DNA from: an uncultured Candidatus Saccharibacteria bacterium | Lineage (GTDB): Bacteria > Patescibacteriota > JACMRA01 | Length of the DNA: 64,000 nt | Direction of reading: 5' to 3' | NCBI GenBank assembly: GCA_964631275.1 | Contig: CAZVWQ010000004.1 | Span: 11,788 to 75,787 of the forward strand | Shown here: one piece after another, positions 38,159-49,100 of the stretch | Numbering within the stretch: the stretch's first letter is position 1 | How the letters are laid out: each line of letters opens with the position of its first letter | Made by a program: the position numbers and the translations under genes | The notes under the pieces: generated by a model | The model's input: only the letters and a program-made list of their open reading frames with translations | Database searches by the model: none | What the model was told of the DNA's origin: nothing

Positions 38159-40192
38159 TTATTTTTCTACAACTCTAAAATAATCTAGATCAGCTGAGAA
38201 TTTTTGAATTTGCCTACCTTCTCCTAAAAAAAACTTTGGCATAAACTCAACATAAGTTAACCTAATTGGATTGATATAAGCACCAAAGAGGCTAAGCACT
38301 AGATTAAAAATATGACCTATAGCTAAAATCAAAATCGCTAAAACAATACCCAAACCAGGATCAGTAGCTTCATAAATCATTCCAGCCAAGAGGTTGACAA
38401 TCGTAGCAATTACCCCGCCAGTTAAGCCAATAGCAATAATACGAGTAAAAGACATTAAGTCTGCTCCCATCTGCACAACTCCATATAAGCCTCTAGGACC
38501 AAATAAAAACCCTAAAAACTTACCTACAAATTTCTTAGCTTCATTAAAAATCAATAAACCAAAGACCGAAACTCCGAGTAAAATTTGAGCTGCAAAGTTA
38601 AGTTCTTGGCTGGTCATTACAAAATAAGCAACCGCTGAGAAAATAAAGAAAACCCAGGCAAACTGACCTAAAGCTTTATTATACTCACTACGTTTAATTG
38701 AATTAACAATTCTAATCATATAGGCAACCAAAAGGTTAAAAAAACCTATCAAGATAGCCAAAGACATCATAAAAATAATAGGGCTGGCTCCACCTAGCTC
38801 ATTATTAAGAAAATTATTCACTGGAAGGTTAGCTTCAGGAGTAAGAACATCAACTAACTGAAACTTGGCTAAGAATTGATGAATTGGAGTTGAGTCTTCT
38901 ATTGGTGTTCCGGTCAAACTTTTCATAAAATCACTATTAAAAAAGTTTCCAGCCCAAGAATTAGTTAGAGTTCCTAAAACTATAGTTGCAATACCTGAGA
39001 AGAAAAATAGTGAAAAAGTACTTTGGAATTCTTTTTTTAGTTTAGTAAAGAATAAAAAATATCCAGTAAATACAGAAAGAATTAAGCCATACAAAGCGTC
39101 ATTAAGACAAAAAGCAAAGAAAATCACAAAAAACAAAGCTAAAATATTAGTTGGATCAACTTCTTTATTGTCAATAGTTCCGATTGACTGAGCTATACTA
39201 TGAAAACCATTCAGTGAGCCATCGTTTTCCCAATCAAAAACTTCTTGATTCCAATCTACTCTTTGGTAAGGCAAGTCTTTCTGAGCCAAAAATTCCTTTA
39301 CTTGCTCTTCTTCTTTTTCTGAAACAGAAACTATAGCAAATATACTGTTACTCGATTCTGTTGGTCTAAAAACTTTATTAATTGATTCTGCAATTGATAT
39401 TTCTACCTGAATAGATGCATGTAGAGCTAATAGGCTAGTTAAAATTTCTTGACTAACTTTTTGATTTTCTACCCCCAGCCTAGACATGGCGGAATTATTC
39501 TCACTAATTTCTTTGTCAATTTTTTGGATTATTTCTTCAACTGTGTATAATTCTAAATCAGCATACTCACTCTTGCTAATAAATAATTTAACAGCCTCTA
39601 AAGTGTTATCATCAAAAATCAAAACTTGATATTCTCCTATACTTTCTAGCTCTACTCTAGGTCTTACCATATCATCAGCGTCTTCTATTTCACCTTGAAG
39701 TTGTAGTTTTTTAATGGCCTCCCAGCTATTATTAATATAAATATCAAAATCAGCTATAAAATTAGCAAAACTTTCGCTAAAAAGTTTTTTTTTGTCTTGA
39801 TTATTCCGACTAAATTCAATAATATTGTTTTTTTGGTTTATTAAATTATCTTCTTGGTCTATTAGCTCAGCAATTTCTAATAAATTACTTCTATTTTTTT
39901 TGGCTTTTTCTAGGTCTTCGCTAGAACCTTCTATGCGGTCGTCAACAAAAACTGACAAAAAACCACTTTTGCGGTTTTCTTCGATAACTTTATTAAGTAT
40001 CTGTAATTCTTTTTGCAGATCTTTGATTTCTACTTTAGGAAAATAATAATCTACATTTACCCATTCTTTGCCTAATTCTTTTGGATCTAAAACTTCAAAT
40101 CCAAAACCTGAGAAAACTAGACTTTCAAAAAAATTCTGAACTTGATTTTCCTTAAAAGAAATTAAAAAATTTTGAGTTTTAACTAGAGACAT
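38159..40192 (-). CDS. ntpI: V-type ATPase subunit I (a-subunit homologue)
   Basis: 677 aa. Coiled-coil-rich soluble N-terminal half and a polytopic C-terminal half containing MSFTRIIAIGLTGGVIA (conserved Arg helix). Confidence 0.8.
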   Translation of the reverse strand: MSLVKTQNFLISFKENQVQNFFESLVFSGFGFEVLDPKELGKEWVNVDYYFPKVEIKDLQKELQILNKVIEENRKSGFLSVFVDDRIEGSSEDLEKAKKNRSNLLEIAELIDQEDNLINQKNNIIEFSRNNQDKKKLFSESFANFIADFDIYINNSWEAIKKLQLQGEIEDADDMVRPRVELESIGEYQVLIFDDNTLEAVKLFISKSEYADLELYTVEEIIQKIDKEISENNSAMSRLGVENQKVSQEILTSLLALHASIQVEISIAESINKVFRPTESSNSIFAIVSVSEKEEEQVKEFLAQKDLPYQRVDWNQEVFDWENDGSLNGFHSIAQSIGTIDNKEVDPTNILALFFVIFFAFCLNDALYGLILSVFTGYFLFFTKLKKEFQSTFSLFFFSGIATIVLGTLTNSWAGNFFNSDFMKSLTGTPIEDSTPIHQFLAKFQLVDVLTPEANLPVNNFLNNELGGASPIIFMMSLAILIGFFNLLVAYMIRIVNSIKRSEYNKALGQFAWVFFIFSAVAYFVMTSQELNFAAQILLGVSVFGLLIFNEAKKFVGKFLGFLFGPRGLYGVVQMGADLMSFTRIIAIGLTGGVIATIVNLLAGMIYEATDPGLGIVLAILILAIGHIFNLVLSLFGAYINPIRLTYVEFMPKFFLGEGRQIQKFSADLDYFRVVEK

Positions 40193-40202
40193 TGTTTTTT
40201 GT

Positions 40203-40475
40203 TTAGACTAATTTATATAGTTCGGCAAGAGCTCTGAGAATATCTTCTTCAGTAAGTCTTAAAGAAATATTTTGATTAATAGAGAGATTGCTTAAGCCGT
40301 CAGGAGCATAGTCCCTAAGGTCATTTTTAACTTCTTCTTTGAGTCTTTCCACTTCTTGGAGGTACTTTGATTTTTCGTTTTCTGGGAGTTTATCATTATC
40401 ATTAACTTGCTGTCTAAGTTTAGCAATTTTAGTTTTTAGTTCTTGGATGTATTCTTCAAAATTAACAATAGCCAT
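40203..40475 (-). CDS. small coiled-coil protein, possible V-ATPase stalk subunit
   Basis: 90 aa, charged and heptad-like. Ends 10 nt before ntpI. Call is positional only. Confidence 0.3.
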   Translation of the reverse strand: MAIVNFEEYIQELKTKIAKLRQQVNDNDKLPENEKSKYLQEVERLKEEVKNDLRDYAPDGLSNLSINQNISLRLTEEDILRALAELYKLV

Positions 40476-40557
40476 ATTTTTGGTTGAGTGGTTTTAGAAA
40501 AATGTTTAATTTAGTATTAATTTTTAATCTGCTTAAGAATAGATTGAGATTTTTATG

Positions 40558-40683
40558 TTCAACACAAATCAAATTTTAGTTTTTTTTGAAATTTAAATTT
40601 TTCGTTTTAGTTATGCCTAATCAGTGTTAAAAAGAAGTATTTGAAAATTAAAAAGCCTTAATTTGGGTTGATTTGAGTATAAA
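40558..40683 (+). repeat. F-family repeat
   Basis: caacacaaatcaaattttagttttttttgaaatttaaat...aaaaagaagtatttgaaaattaaaaagccttaatttgggttgatttgagtataaa. Confidence 0.75.
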
Positions 40684-41100
40684 AAGAATTTTATGACTAA
40701 CCCATATACGACTTATATATTCCGAACATTCTAAATTTGCTTAAAAAAGTTTTTTTATGTTTAATAACTTGTCAAAATTTAGTGTAGGATTGCTAAAAAT
40801 ATCCAAAATATCTAAGTCATATATATGAAATAAATAAAATAAATAGAATTCTTTAAACTTGCTTTATTATATCAAAAAAATAAGCTATTTTTTGTTTATT
40901 TTAAAGTAAAAAGTGCCAAGCTCATGTAAAAAGACTTTTACTTTATTTAATGAAAAAATAAAGATTTTTGAAAGATTTTTGAAAGATTTTAAGGCAAGAC
41001 TTTTGCTTTAGTGACTTATTTAAAAGAAAGAGTTTTCTAATTCTTATTGAATTTTTAACAAAGCAAAAAATTGACAAATCTAAAAAATCCTAAAGTTAGT

Positions 41101-41688
41101 TTAGTTATTAAAGACTTTGATTAAGGTTGCTTTTTCAAAATTTGACTTTTCCATTAAAGCACTTTGTATAAATTTTATCTGAGAAGCAATACTATCCATT
41201 TTGTTTTCTAGATTGCTAATTTGGCGACTTACTTTTTGGATTTCTACGGCTACTTTTTGTACATTCAGCCTAATTTGACTAAGCTTCAGTATAATCGAAA
41301 AATAATTAGCAAAAATATCTAAACTCAGTTTGATATCTTTTTTGAGGCCTTTCCTTTTTGGTTTACGTAGGGTAATTTTTAGAGTGTCGACATAAACTCC
41401 AGAGACACGTTTTTTTTGAGTGACTAGATCCATTACTGGAACTTGCTCAAGGATTGAATTTAAAGCTTCGCTACTAACAAAAATCATCGATCTGTCGTAT
41501 TGACTAAGAATTTTTTGTAGCTCTTTGGAGACTTTTTTTTCTAGTTGTTTACCTTCCCTAGACATTTCCAAAAAAGTGTAAATCAACCCAGACCTCTTTT
41601 CTTTCAGAAGCTTGTGTCCATTTTTAACCAATTTTTGTTGGGTTTTTAGGAGTAGTAAGTTTTGCTTGTTAGGAGCTAACATAAGCAA
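41101..41688 (-). CDS. ntpD: V-type ATPase subunit D
   Basis: APNKQNLLLLKTQQKLVKNGHKLLKEKRSGLI matches the N-terminal PTRxxLLxLKxxLxxAxxGHxLLKxKRDxL pattern. 195 aa. Confidence 0.75.
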   Translation of the reverse strand: MLMLAPNKQNLLLLKTQQKLVKNGHKLLKEKRSGLIYTFLEMSREGKQLEKKVSKELQKILSQYDRSMIFVSSEALNSILEQVPVMDLVTQKKRVSGVYVDTLKITLRKPKRKGLKKDIKLSLDIFANYFSIILKLSQIRLNVQKVAVEIQKVSRQISNLENKMDSIASQIKFIQSALMEKSNFEKATLIKVFNN

Positions 41689-41891
41689 GTATAAGAAAGA
41701 TAGAAATAAACAAACTTGTCAATTATAAAACTAAATTTTACTAAAACAAAACCTAACCAAGTAAAAAGTCCGTTAAAAGGCCTATGTTAATTTAAAATTT
41801 TGATATATTTGGGAATTTTGTAATTAAGGTTTTTTAAGCAAAACAAATGTAGCAGTTTTATCTAAATTTGACATTTTTACTGATTAAATAA

Positions 41892-42716
<825 letters not shown>

Positions 42717-42787
42717 TTTAATATATAGGCTAGTCTAGATTTAATTTTAACAAGTTATTAGCTACTAAGCCTTTTTTTAATTAAGTT

Positions 42788-42898
42788 TATACCAGTCCAT
42801 TTACTACTTACCAAAAATTTAACTTTTCATAAGCAAATAAATCTTTTATTTAAGTTAAACTCTTAACGGGTAATTATTATAAATAAATGGTGTGTAAA
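42788..42898 (-). repeat. C-family repeat
   Basis: tataccagtccatttactacttaccaaaaatttaacttttcataagcaaataaatcttttatttaagttaaactcttaacgggtaatt... Lies between the ligA fragment and the pheS stop. Confidence 0.7.
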
Positions 42899-42908
42899 AG
42901 TTTACAAT

Positions 42909-43910
42909 TTAGGCTAGCTCTTTTCCTTTCAAAAAGTTAAGATTACCTTCAAAAAGTTGAGAAAGTCCATGAAATCCGTATTTTATTTGTGCCATCCGAT
43001 CCAAACCAAATCCGAAAGCCAAACCTTGCCATTCATTAGAATCAAGTCCCATATTGACAATCACCTTAGGGTGAACCAATCCAGCTCCACCAACTTCTAG
43101 CCACTCACCTTTGGCCTTAGAATTAGGATTAGAAATATCAATCTCCAAACTAGGAATGGTATAAGGAAAATAATTAGCTCTCAAACGGAATTTAAGATTA
43201 GCTCCTGGAAACAAACCATTAAAAAACTCTTCAATCAAAGTTTTGAGGTGAGCTGTAGAAATGTTGCGATCAACCACCAAACACTCAATTTGATGAAACA
43301 TAAAATCATGGGTAGCATCAATTTTTTCGTTACGATAAACTTGACCTGGAGCTACAATTTTAAATGGTGGCTTATGACTCTCTCCATATCTAATCTGAAC
43401 TGCAGAAGTATGAGTTCGTAAGACTAAATTTTCACCTCTAGAGTCTTTTTGTTTAAGATAAAAAGTATCTTGCATACTTCTAGCTGGGTGATAATCAGGA
43501 ATATTAAGCCTGGACATACAGTAATCTTGAGTTTCCACTAGAGGCCCATCAACCACCTCAAATCCCATTTTTTTGAATATATCAGTAATTTCTTGAGTGA
43601 TTAGAGTAATTGGATGGAGACTTCCACCACTCAATCTATATTTCTGAAAACTAAAAAAAGTCGGGTCAAAATTAGTAAAATTATCTTTTTCCTGTTCTAT
43701 CTGAATAGCCTGAACTTGCCGATTAAAGATCTCCTCAATTTGTTTTTTTAGGGTATTAAGCTCTTGGCCTAATTTTGTTTTTTCTTCTTTGTTGGCAGTT
43801 TTTATATTTTGCTTGATCTCTAGAATACGACCAGAGTTAATCAACTGATCTCGTATCTCTTTACATTCGTTTATAGTTTGAGCTACACTTAAGTCTTTAA
43901 TTGTGGGCAT
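42909..43910 (-). CDS. pheS: phenylalanine--tRNA ligase alpha subunit
   Basis: 333 aa. HPITLITQEI, LRTHTSAVQIR, HQIECLVVD and FGFGLDRMAQIKYG. Confidence 0.9.
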   Translation of the reverse strand: MPTIKDLSVAQTINECKEIRDQLINSGRILEIKQNIKTANKEEKTKLGQELNTLKKQIEEIFNRQVQAIQIEQEKDNFTNFDPTFFSFQKYRLSGGSLHPITLITQEITDIFKKMGFEVVDGPLVETQDYCMSRLNIPDYHPARSMQDTFYLKQKDSRGENLVLRTHTSAVQIRYGESHKPPFKIVAPGQVYRNEKIDATHDFMFHQIECLVVDRNISTAHLKTLIEEFFNGLFPGANLKFRLRANYFPYTIPSLEIDISNPNSKAKGEWLEVGGAGLVHPKVIVNMGLDSNEWQGLAFGFGLDRMAQIKYGFHGLSQLFEGNLNFLKGKELA

Positions 43911-44646
43911 TAAACAGAATTTTATAATTATCTTGGCGATATTAGTTTAGATATCCTTATCCCTTAAAGGGTTAATAAATAAGCCTTTAGAAGTTAGAAT
44001 GTTTGTCTAAGTTTAAGATTGGTTAATTATGTTTATTTTTAGGATTTATTTAAAAATTTATATAATAAGTTAACTGAAATTAGGTTTTTTGAATATTTGA
44101 ATATTTTTTTAATTTTGATTAAACTAAGCTAAAAACAAATTTTAACCTCTAAAAAACTGAAACTTGTTTTTATAAATAAAAAGATAAATTGAGTGTTTTT
44201 TTGTAGCTATGGAGGCTATTATTGATTATAAAGTTATAATTTTTATAAAATTGATCAAAAACTACCTGTAGATTTATTGATTTAAAAACACTAAATATAG
44301 TACTTAATAGGGAAATTCTGAAAGTTATAAATAATTTACCAAACTTCTCTAATTATATTGTTTTAGACTAGCTTAAGTCAGTATTTAATCAATAGATGCA
44401 AGCTTTTTTTAAAAAATTTTAGTATACTTGTTTTTATTAATTACTCTAAAGTTGTCAAAAAATAGTAAACTATATATAATATTTTATCAAAAAATATCGA
44501 TTAGTTAACTAAAAATCAAATCTTTGCTTATTAAAAACTAATTTAGTTTAGGTTTATTGTCTTTTTTTAAAAAAGTACTATCAATAAGCTAATTATTAGT
44601 CATAAAAAATTAAGCAACTATCAAAAACAAAAAATAAAGATTACTC

Positions 44647-46692
44647 ATGGTACGTAAATCAAAAAAAAATCAGAATCCTCAAGTCACCTTTAGTCAGCCA
44701 GACCCTGGCTATAATCCTAATTATCAGAGTCAAGGATATCCTCAGCAAGCACAGCCTCAACCAACCGTTAATAACTATCCTAATACAGGCTACCAAACCA
44801 ACCAGGTATATACTACTCAACCAGCTTCTCAACCCTATTATAATAACTATACTCAAACAAATCCAAATCAAACCATTAACAACCCTGGTACAATGTTTAC
44901 TGGGCCTCAACCCTCTCAGCAAATTAAAAAACCTTTTAGTTTTAAAGAATTCCTAAAAAAAAGATGGTGGCTAGTAATTTTAGTTGGAATATTAATAATT
45001 GGCGTAATTACTATCGGCTTAATAGCCTTTTTGTCCAGCCAAAATCAAGGCGAAAGTCAGCAAGTTGTAGTTTATGACAATGTTAGGGTGGCCATCAATG
45101 CCCCTAGCACCCTGCCTAAAGGTACACCTGGTGATTGGGAAATTCAGCTAGAAAACAAAGAATCAGCTTCTCTGACTAATATTCAGCTACAACTAAAGTT
45201 TGATCAAGATTTTCAATATTTACAAGAATACAACCCTCGACCAGATAATTTAGAAGGAACCTTATATTCTATTCCTAGACTTGATCCAGTTAGTGGTAGA
45301 GCACCTAATAGTACAGTTAGATTTCAGGGCCTACTAAATGGCAATGTAGATGTAGAAACAAGAATGGGGGGTGTTATTTCTTATGTTCCAGAATTACCTG
45401 ATGGAACTCGATTAGAAGTAGTAGAAATTGAATTAAAAGAAGCTATTACCAGAATTACAAGTCCCAAAATTAATATTTCTATTAATCCTTCTGCAAACGA
45501 GATCCAAAATGGTGGAGAAGTAGAGTTTGTAGTTTTGATAGAAAATACAACTGATCAAGAAATTCGTGACCTTAGGCTAAGAATGATCTATCCAGGTAAC
45601 GAAAAAAGTTTTATTTACAAATCTTCTAAATATTTTCGATCAGCTAATGCTGCCCCAATTAATCAACCAAGTAATGGAGATGATATCTGGGATATTAGCA
45701 GATTGCCTGCTGGAACTAGGCAAACCTTGTCAGTTATCGGTAATGTTTTTGGCAGTGATAAGAGTAGCCAAACCTTTGGAGTCGAGATCGGAATTAAGAA
45801 CAACCAAAATGATTATCAGACCATTTGGCAAGGCTATAAAGATGTAGTTATCATTGCTCAACCACTACTAATCACTACCGAAATCCTTGGCAAAGATAGT
45901 TTTAATTTGGTTGAACCAGGAGAAACTATTAATATCGAAGTAAGCTATCAAAACCAAAGTCAAAGAACTCTAAGCAATGTAGAAATCTTTAGTTTTATTG
46001 AAGATCGAGCTAAAATACTTGATTTAAGCACTATTAGATTTTCTGGAGGAGAAAGAGGTGATGTTACTGGTAGCGAATTAGTATGGAAAGCACCTAGAAT
46101 TCCTGGTTTGGCTACGCTAACTCCCAATCAATCCGGTAGCTTTAAATACAGTGTTAAAATCCTAGATGAAGAAAATTTTGTAAAAACTAGCTTAGATCAG
46201 CAACAATATGTTTTAATTCCTGGGGTTAGAGCTAAAGCTGATAGTTTGGATCAAATAGTAAATACTGGAGCAACCTATCGAGGCCGTGGAAAATTAGTTT
46301 TTGACTCACCAAAACCAGAAGTTGTGGGCATCAATCCTTCTACTAACAGAAAAATTTATAAATTCACTTGGAGAATCACTAGTCGTCAAAATGAAGTGAC
46401 TGAAACTCAAGTTAGAGCCATAACTCCAGTAGTTGGAGCTTGGAGACCTGAAAGTGTAGAACCTGCCAGCAGTCGGAGCAGTTTAACTTACAACGAACAA
46501 ACTGGACAAATCATCTGGGATATTGGCAATGTTAGAAGCTATACTGGAATTACAACTAAAACCTTAGAAGTTACCTTTGAGCTAGAAATTGGCGAAGGTG
46601 AGAATATTATTTTAGAAAATCCAACAGCTACAGGCTTAGATGTCTTTACTGGTGAAAAATATGAGATTAAACTAGGAAACGTAAGAGGCTAG
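44647..46692 (+). CDS. surface protein: Q/N/P/Y-rich N-terminal tail, one TM, repeated DUF11/CARDB-like beta-sandwich domains
   Basis: 681 aa. Residues 1-95 are low complexity (NPNYQSQGYPQQAQPQP...). TM WWLVILVGILIIGVITIGLIAFL. Then recurring LTNIQLQLKFDQDF / IRDLRLRMIYPG / LSNVEIFSFIED type domain starts. Confidence 0.6.
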   Translation: MVRKSKKNQNPQVTFSQPDPGYNPNYQSQGYPQQAQPQPTVNNYPNTGYQTNQVYTTQPASQPYYNNYTQTNPNQTINNPGTMFTGPQPSQQIKKPFSFKEFLKKRWWLVILVGILIIGVITIGLIAFLSSQNQGESQQVVVYDNVRVAINAPSTLPKGTPGDWEIQLENKESASLTNIQLQLKFDQDFQYLQEYNPRPDNLEGTLYSIPRLDPVSGRAPNSTVRFQGLLNGNVDVETRMGGVISYVPELPDGTRLEVVEIELKEAITRITSPKINISINPSANEIQNGGEVEFVVLIENTTDQEIRDLRLRMIYPGNEKSFIYKSSKYFRSANAAPINQPSNGDDIWDISRLPAGTRQTLSVIGNVFGSDKSSQTFGVEIGIKNNQNDYQTIWQGYKDVVIIAQPLLITTEILGKDSFNLVEPGETINIEVSYQNQSQRTLSNVEIFSFIEDRAKILDLSTIRFSGGERGDVTGSELVWKAPRIPGLATLTPNQSGSFKYSVKILDEENFVKTSLDQQQYVLIPGVRAKADSLDQIVNTGATYRGRGKLVFDSPKPEVVGINPSTNRKIYKFTWRITSRQNEVTETQVRAITPVVGAWRPESVEPASSRSSLTYNEQTGQIIWDIGNVRSYTGITTKTLEVTFELEIGEGENIILENPTATGLDVFTGEKYEIKLGNVRG

Positions 46693-46693
46693 A

Positions 46694-46760
46694 TTAGTCT
46701 TGTCCATAACTCAAATTTACAAAACTTTGATCCCGTAAAATAGGTTTCGAGACATGATTA
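46694..46760 (+). repeat. B-family repeat with internal deletion
   Basis: ttagtcttgtccataactcaaatttacaaaactttgatcccgtaaaataggtttcgagacatgatta. Begins 2 nt after the stop codon at 46690-46692. Confidence 0.8.
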
Positions 46761-46769
46761 CCTTTTAAT

Positions 46770-46888
46770 CTTAACTCAATCCCTTTATTACCCTAAATTT
46801 AGCTCTTCATAAGGAAATAATCTTTTATTTAAGGCTAAAGTGTCTTAACGGGTAGGGTAATTACTGCGACGATAGCGGCAAGGTATAA
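46770..46888 (-). repeat. C-family repeat
   Basis: ...ccctttattaccctaaatttagctcttcataaggaaataatcttttatttaaggctaaagtgtcttaacgggtagggtaattactgcgacgatagcggcaaggtataa. Confidence 0.75.
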
Positions 46889-47003
46889 GCTTTATAGTAT
46901 CAAATTTGATTAAGGAACTGGTATAAAAAAATAACTAGTAATAACGTCTCAAAACCTATTTTTACTGTTGATATGTTTATTTACTAATTCCTTACAGAAT
47001 CCA

Positions 47004-47258
47004 TTTGAAATTTTTTACCAATTTAAAACTAAAAATTAAGAAATGGTTGCATTTAATTTTAAATAAAAAAAATCTAAAGTTTTAATTAAGAACAATTCTA
47101 AATTACAATTTTTGAAACAACTAAAAGTTAAAAATCTACATTCTATACCATTTTATAACCAAATTTAAGATCAAAGCTAAGCTTAATTCGATTCTAAAGG
47201 TACTTTGTAGCCTTTTTAAGATTTAAAAATGTAAATTTTGAAACTGAATTGAATATAA
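47004..47258 (+). repeat. spacer module plus G-family repeat (diverged copy of 31959-32256)
   Basis: tttgaaattttttaccaatttaaaactaaaaattaag...tataccattttataaccaaatttaagatcaaagctaagcttaattcg...gaaactgaattgaatataa. Same module order as the right arm of the 408-bp repeat, but clearly diverged and shorter. Confidence 0.75.
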
Positions 47259-47280
47259 AATACAAGTAATTAAATAGCTT

Positions 47281-48447
47281 CTATAAATCAATCGTAACTC
47301 TAAAAGAAGAATAACCTTGTTCGTTATCAGGGACAAACTTTTCTTCTATCAATAACTGATAATCTGAAATTTGAGATTCAGCATCTACTTCAAAAAAATA
47401 ATATTCATAAAAAACTGTCTGCATCGGAAAATCAAACTCACTATCTGGATCAATAGTTTGACTAGCTTCTTCTAGAGTTTTGTATTCTTGAGGAATATTG
47501 TTTTGGAGATTGGATATATCTTCGTAACCTTCATCGAGGGAGGTAAGAAATCCTAGAGTTTCAGGCTTTTCCCTTTTTTGTAAACTATACTCAGCAAAAC
47601 CAAAGTACTCTTTGTTAGTTTCTTCTCTTTTAGTTAGTATTCTGATAATTTTTTTACCTTCTGGAGTCTGGATATTTACTGGCTCATCAAAAAAATCAGT
47701 TCCATTTAGTTCTGTAACTTCATCAACAGTAATAATTTCGTAATTTTTACCATTGCCTTCGATAGTTTCTTGTAGATTGGCTGTAAGCTCTCGATCAACC
47801 TGATTAAGAGAATCACTAAAATCAGAAAAAGCGTTAATAAAATCTTCAATACTTCCTAAGTCAATATCGGTAATTTTCCAATCACCACCAACTTTTTCAA
47901 AAACATAAGCTATAGTTGCGTTAAATTCTGAAGTATCGTCTTCAGCAGGAATTTCTAATCTGTAGGTACTACCTTTTTTATAAAAGTTATCTTTAGTGTA
48001 AGCCTCGATGATGTTGTTAACTAGGTATTTATCTTCTGTTCCTTCTTGAAGGTCTGAAGTTTGGTTTTCAGTTTCGACGGTAGATCCAAGAGATTCGCCT
48101 AAGTTAAAATCATTACAGTTTATTTCGTTTCGAGCATTAGCTTTACCATCCAAAAAGTTTTGTTTTAGTTTTTCGCAGTCAACAAGCTGAGCAAAAGCTT
48201 TAGTATCGTTATTTTTGATTGCTTCTGATAGTTTGACGTAAGCTCTTTGAGGACTAGCAAAATAAAAGAAATAAGCTCCTAAAACCCCAATTAAAGAGAT
48301 AAATATAAGAATTATGACAATTACGATACCAGCCAGACCTTTTTTTTGGATTCGATTTTGTCTGATTCGGCTGATTTTGTCTGATTCGGCTGATATATTA
48401 TTATCCTGATTATTGCCAGCACCACTAGTAATAGTAGTTTGAGACAT
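47281..48447 (-). CDS. hypothetical single-pass membrane protein with acidic ectodomain
   Basis: 388 aa with TM LAGIVIVIILIFISLIGVLGAYFFYF. No motif I can name. Confidence 0.5.
   Translation of the reverse strand: MSQTTITSGAGNNQDNNISAESDKISRIRQNRIQKKGLAGIVIVIILIFISLIGVLGAYFFYFASPQRAYVKLSEAIKNNDTKAFAQLVDCEKLKQNFLDGKANARNEINCNDFNLGESLGSTVETENQTSDLQEGTEDKYLVNNIIEAYTKDNFYKKGSTYRLEIPAEDDTSEFNATIAYVFEKVGGDWKITDIDLGSIEDFINAFSDFSDSLNQVDRELTANLQETIEGNGKNYEIITVDEVTELNGTDFFDEPVNIQTPEGKKIIRILTKREETNKEYFGFAEYSLQKREKPETLGFLTSLDEGYEDISNLQNNIPQEYKTLEEASQTIDPDSEFDFPMQTVFYEYYFFEVDAESQISDYQLLIEEKFVPDNEQGYSSFRVTIDL
48354..48394. repeat. perfect 19-bp tandem duplication (2.2 units) inside the 5' coding end of 47281..48447
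   Basis: gattttgtctgattcggct at 48354-48372 and again at 48373-48391, then gat. Counted by hand. Confidence 0.9.
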
Positions 48448-49100
48448 AATTTTTTACGCTGTTAAAAGTTAATAAGTATGTCAAGTTTTTGTAAAAATCA
48501 GATGTAAGAAGTTAATATTGGATTTGGCATATTAACTGACTTGTTAATAGTAAAATTTCACCTCATAGCTTATGGGATTATTTTGCTAATAGTTTATCTA
48601 GAAATACTACATTAAAAGATTAAATTGGTTTGAGTTACTTTTTTCTGACCAAGTGCCTTGGTAAAATATTACTTCCAAGCTTGAGTATAAGTGTGTTGAT
48701 TTTATTTAGGATTTTTATTTGAGTAATATGTAGAGCGAGTATTATTTGTAAGATTTGTTTATCCTATTTTTTAGGATTTTTGTAAAGAGAGCGTAAAAAT
48801 TTATACTTTTTTAGTAATTTTGATAGTAGCAATTAAGATTTCTCGGTTGTTTTTTTTGCTAGAAATATTTCTATAAAAACTCAATAAATTATTAAATTTC
48901 TAATTTTATCAACTTTATTTTTAAAATTAATTTTAGGGTTAGTAAGAGTTAAAATTTTTCTAATAATATTTATCACATAAAGATTTAATCAACAAAATAA
49001 TTATAGCATAATAAATAACTTTTTGTAATAACATTTGCTCTTTGACAAAAAACCCTTAACCAAAAAACCTTGAGCATAATTTTTCACTTTTTACTAAACC

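Noticed and set aside
44661-44669. A9 homopolymer in codons 5-8 of the DUF11-like surface protein as a phase-variation tract
   Set aside because: A/T runs of 8-9 nt are frequent throughout this AT-rich window, including inside ntpI (39785-39793) and in intergenic DNA. The tract is therefore not distinctive without read-level length heterogeneity.
48510-48536. 8-bp perfect palindrome GTTAATAT-N10-ATATTAAC upstream of the 47281..48447 gene as an operator
   Set aside because: It is a single occurrence made entirely of A/T-rich sequence, with no repeat of the motif elsewhere and no adjacent regulator gene. It cannot be distinguished from chance in this composition.
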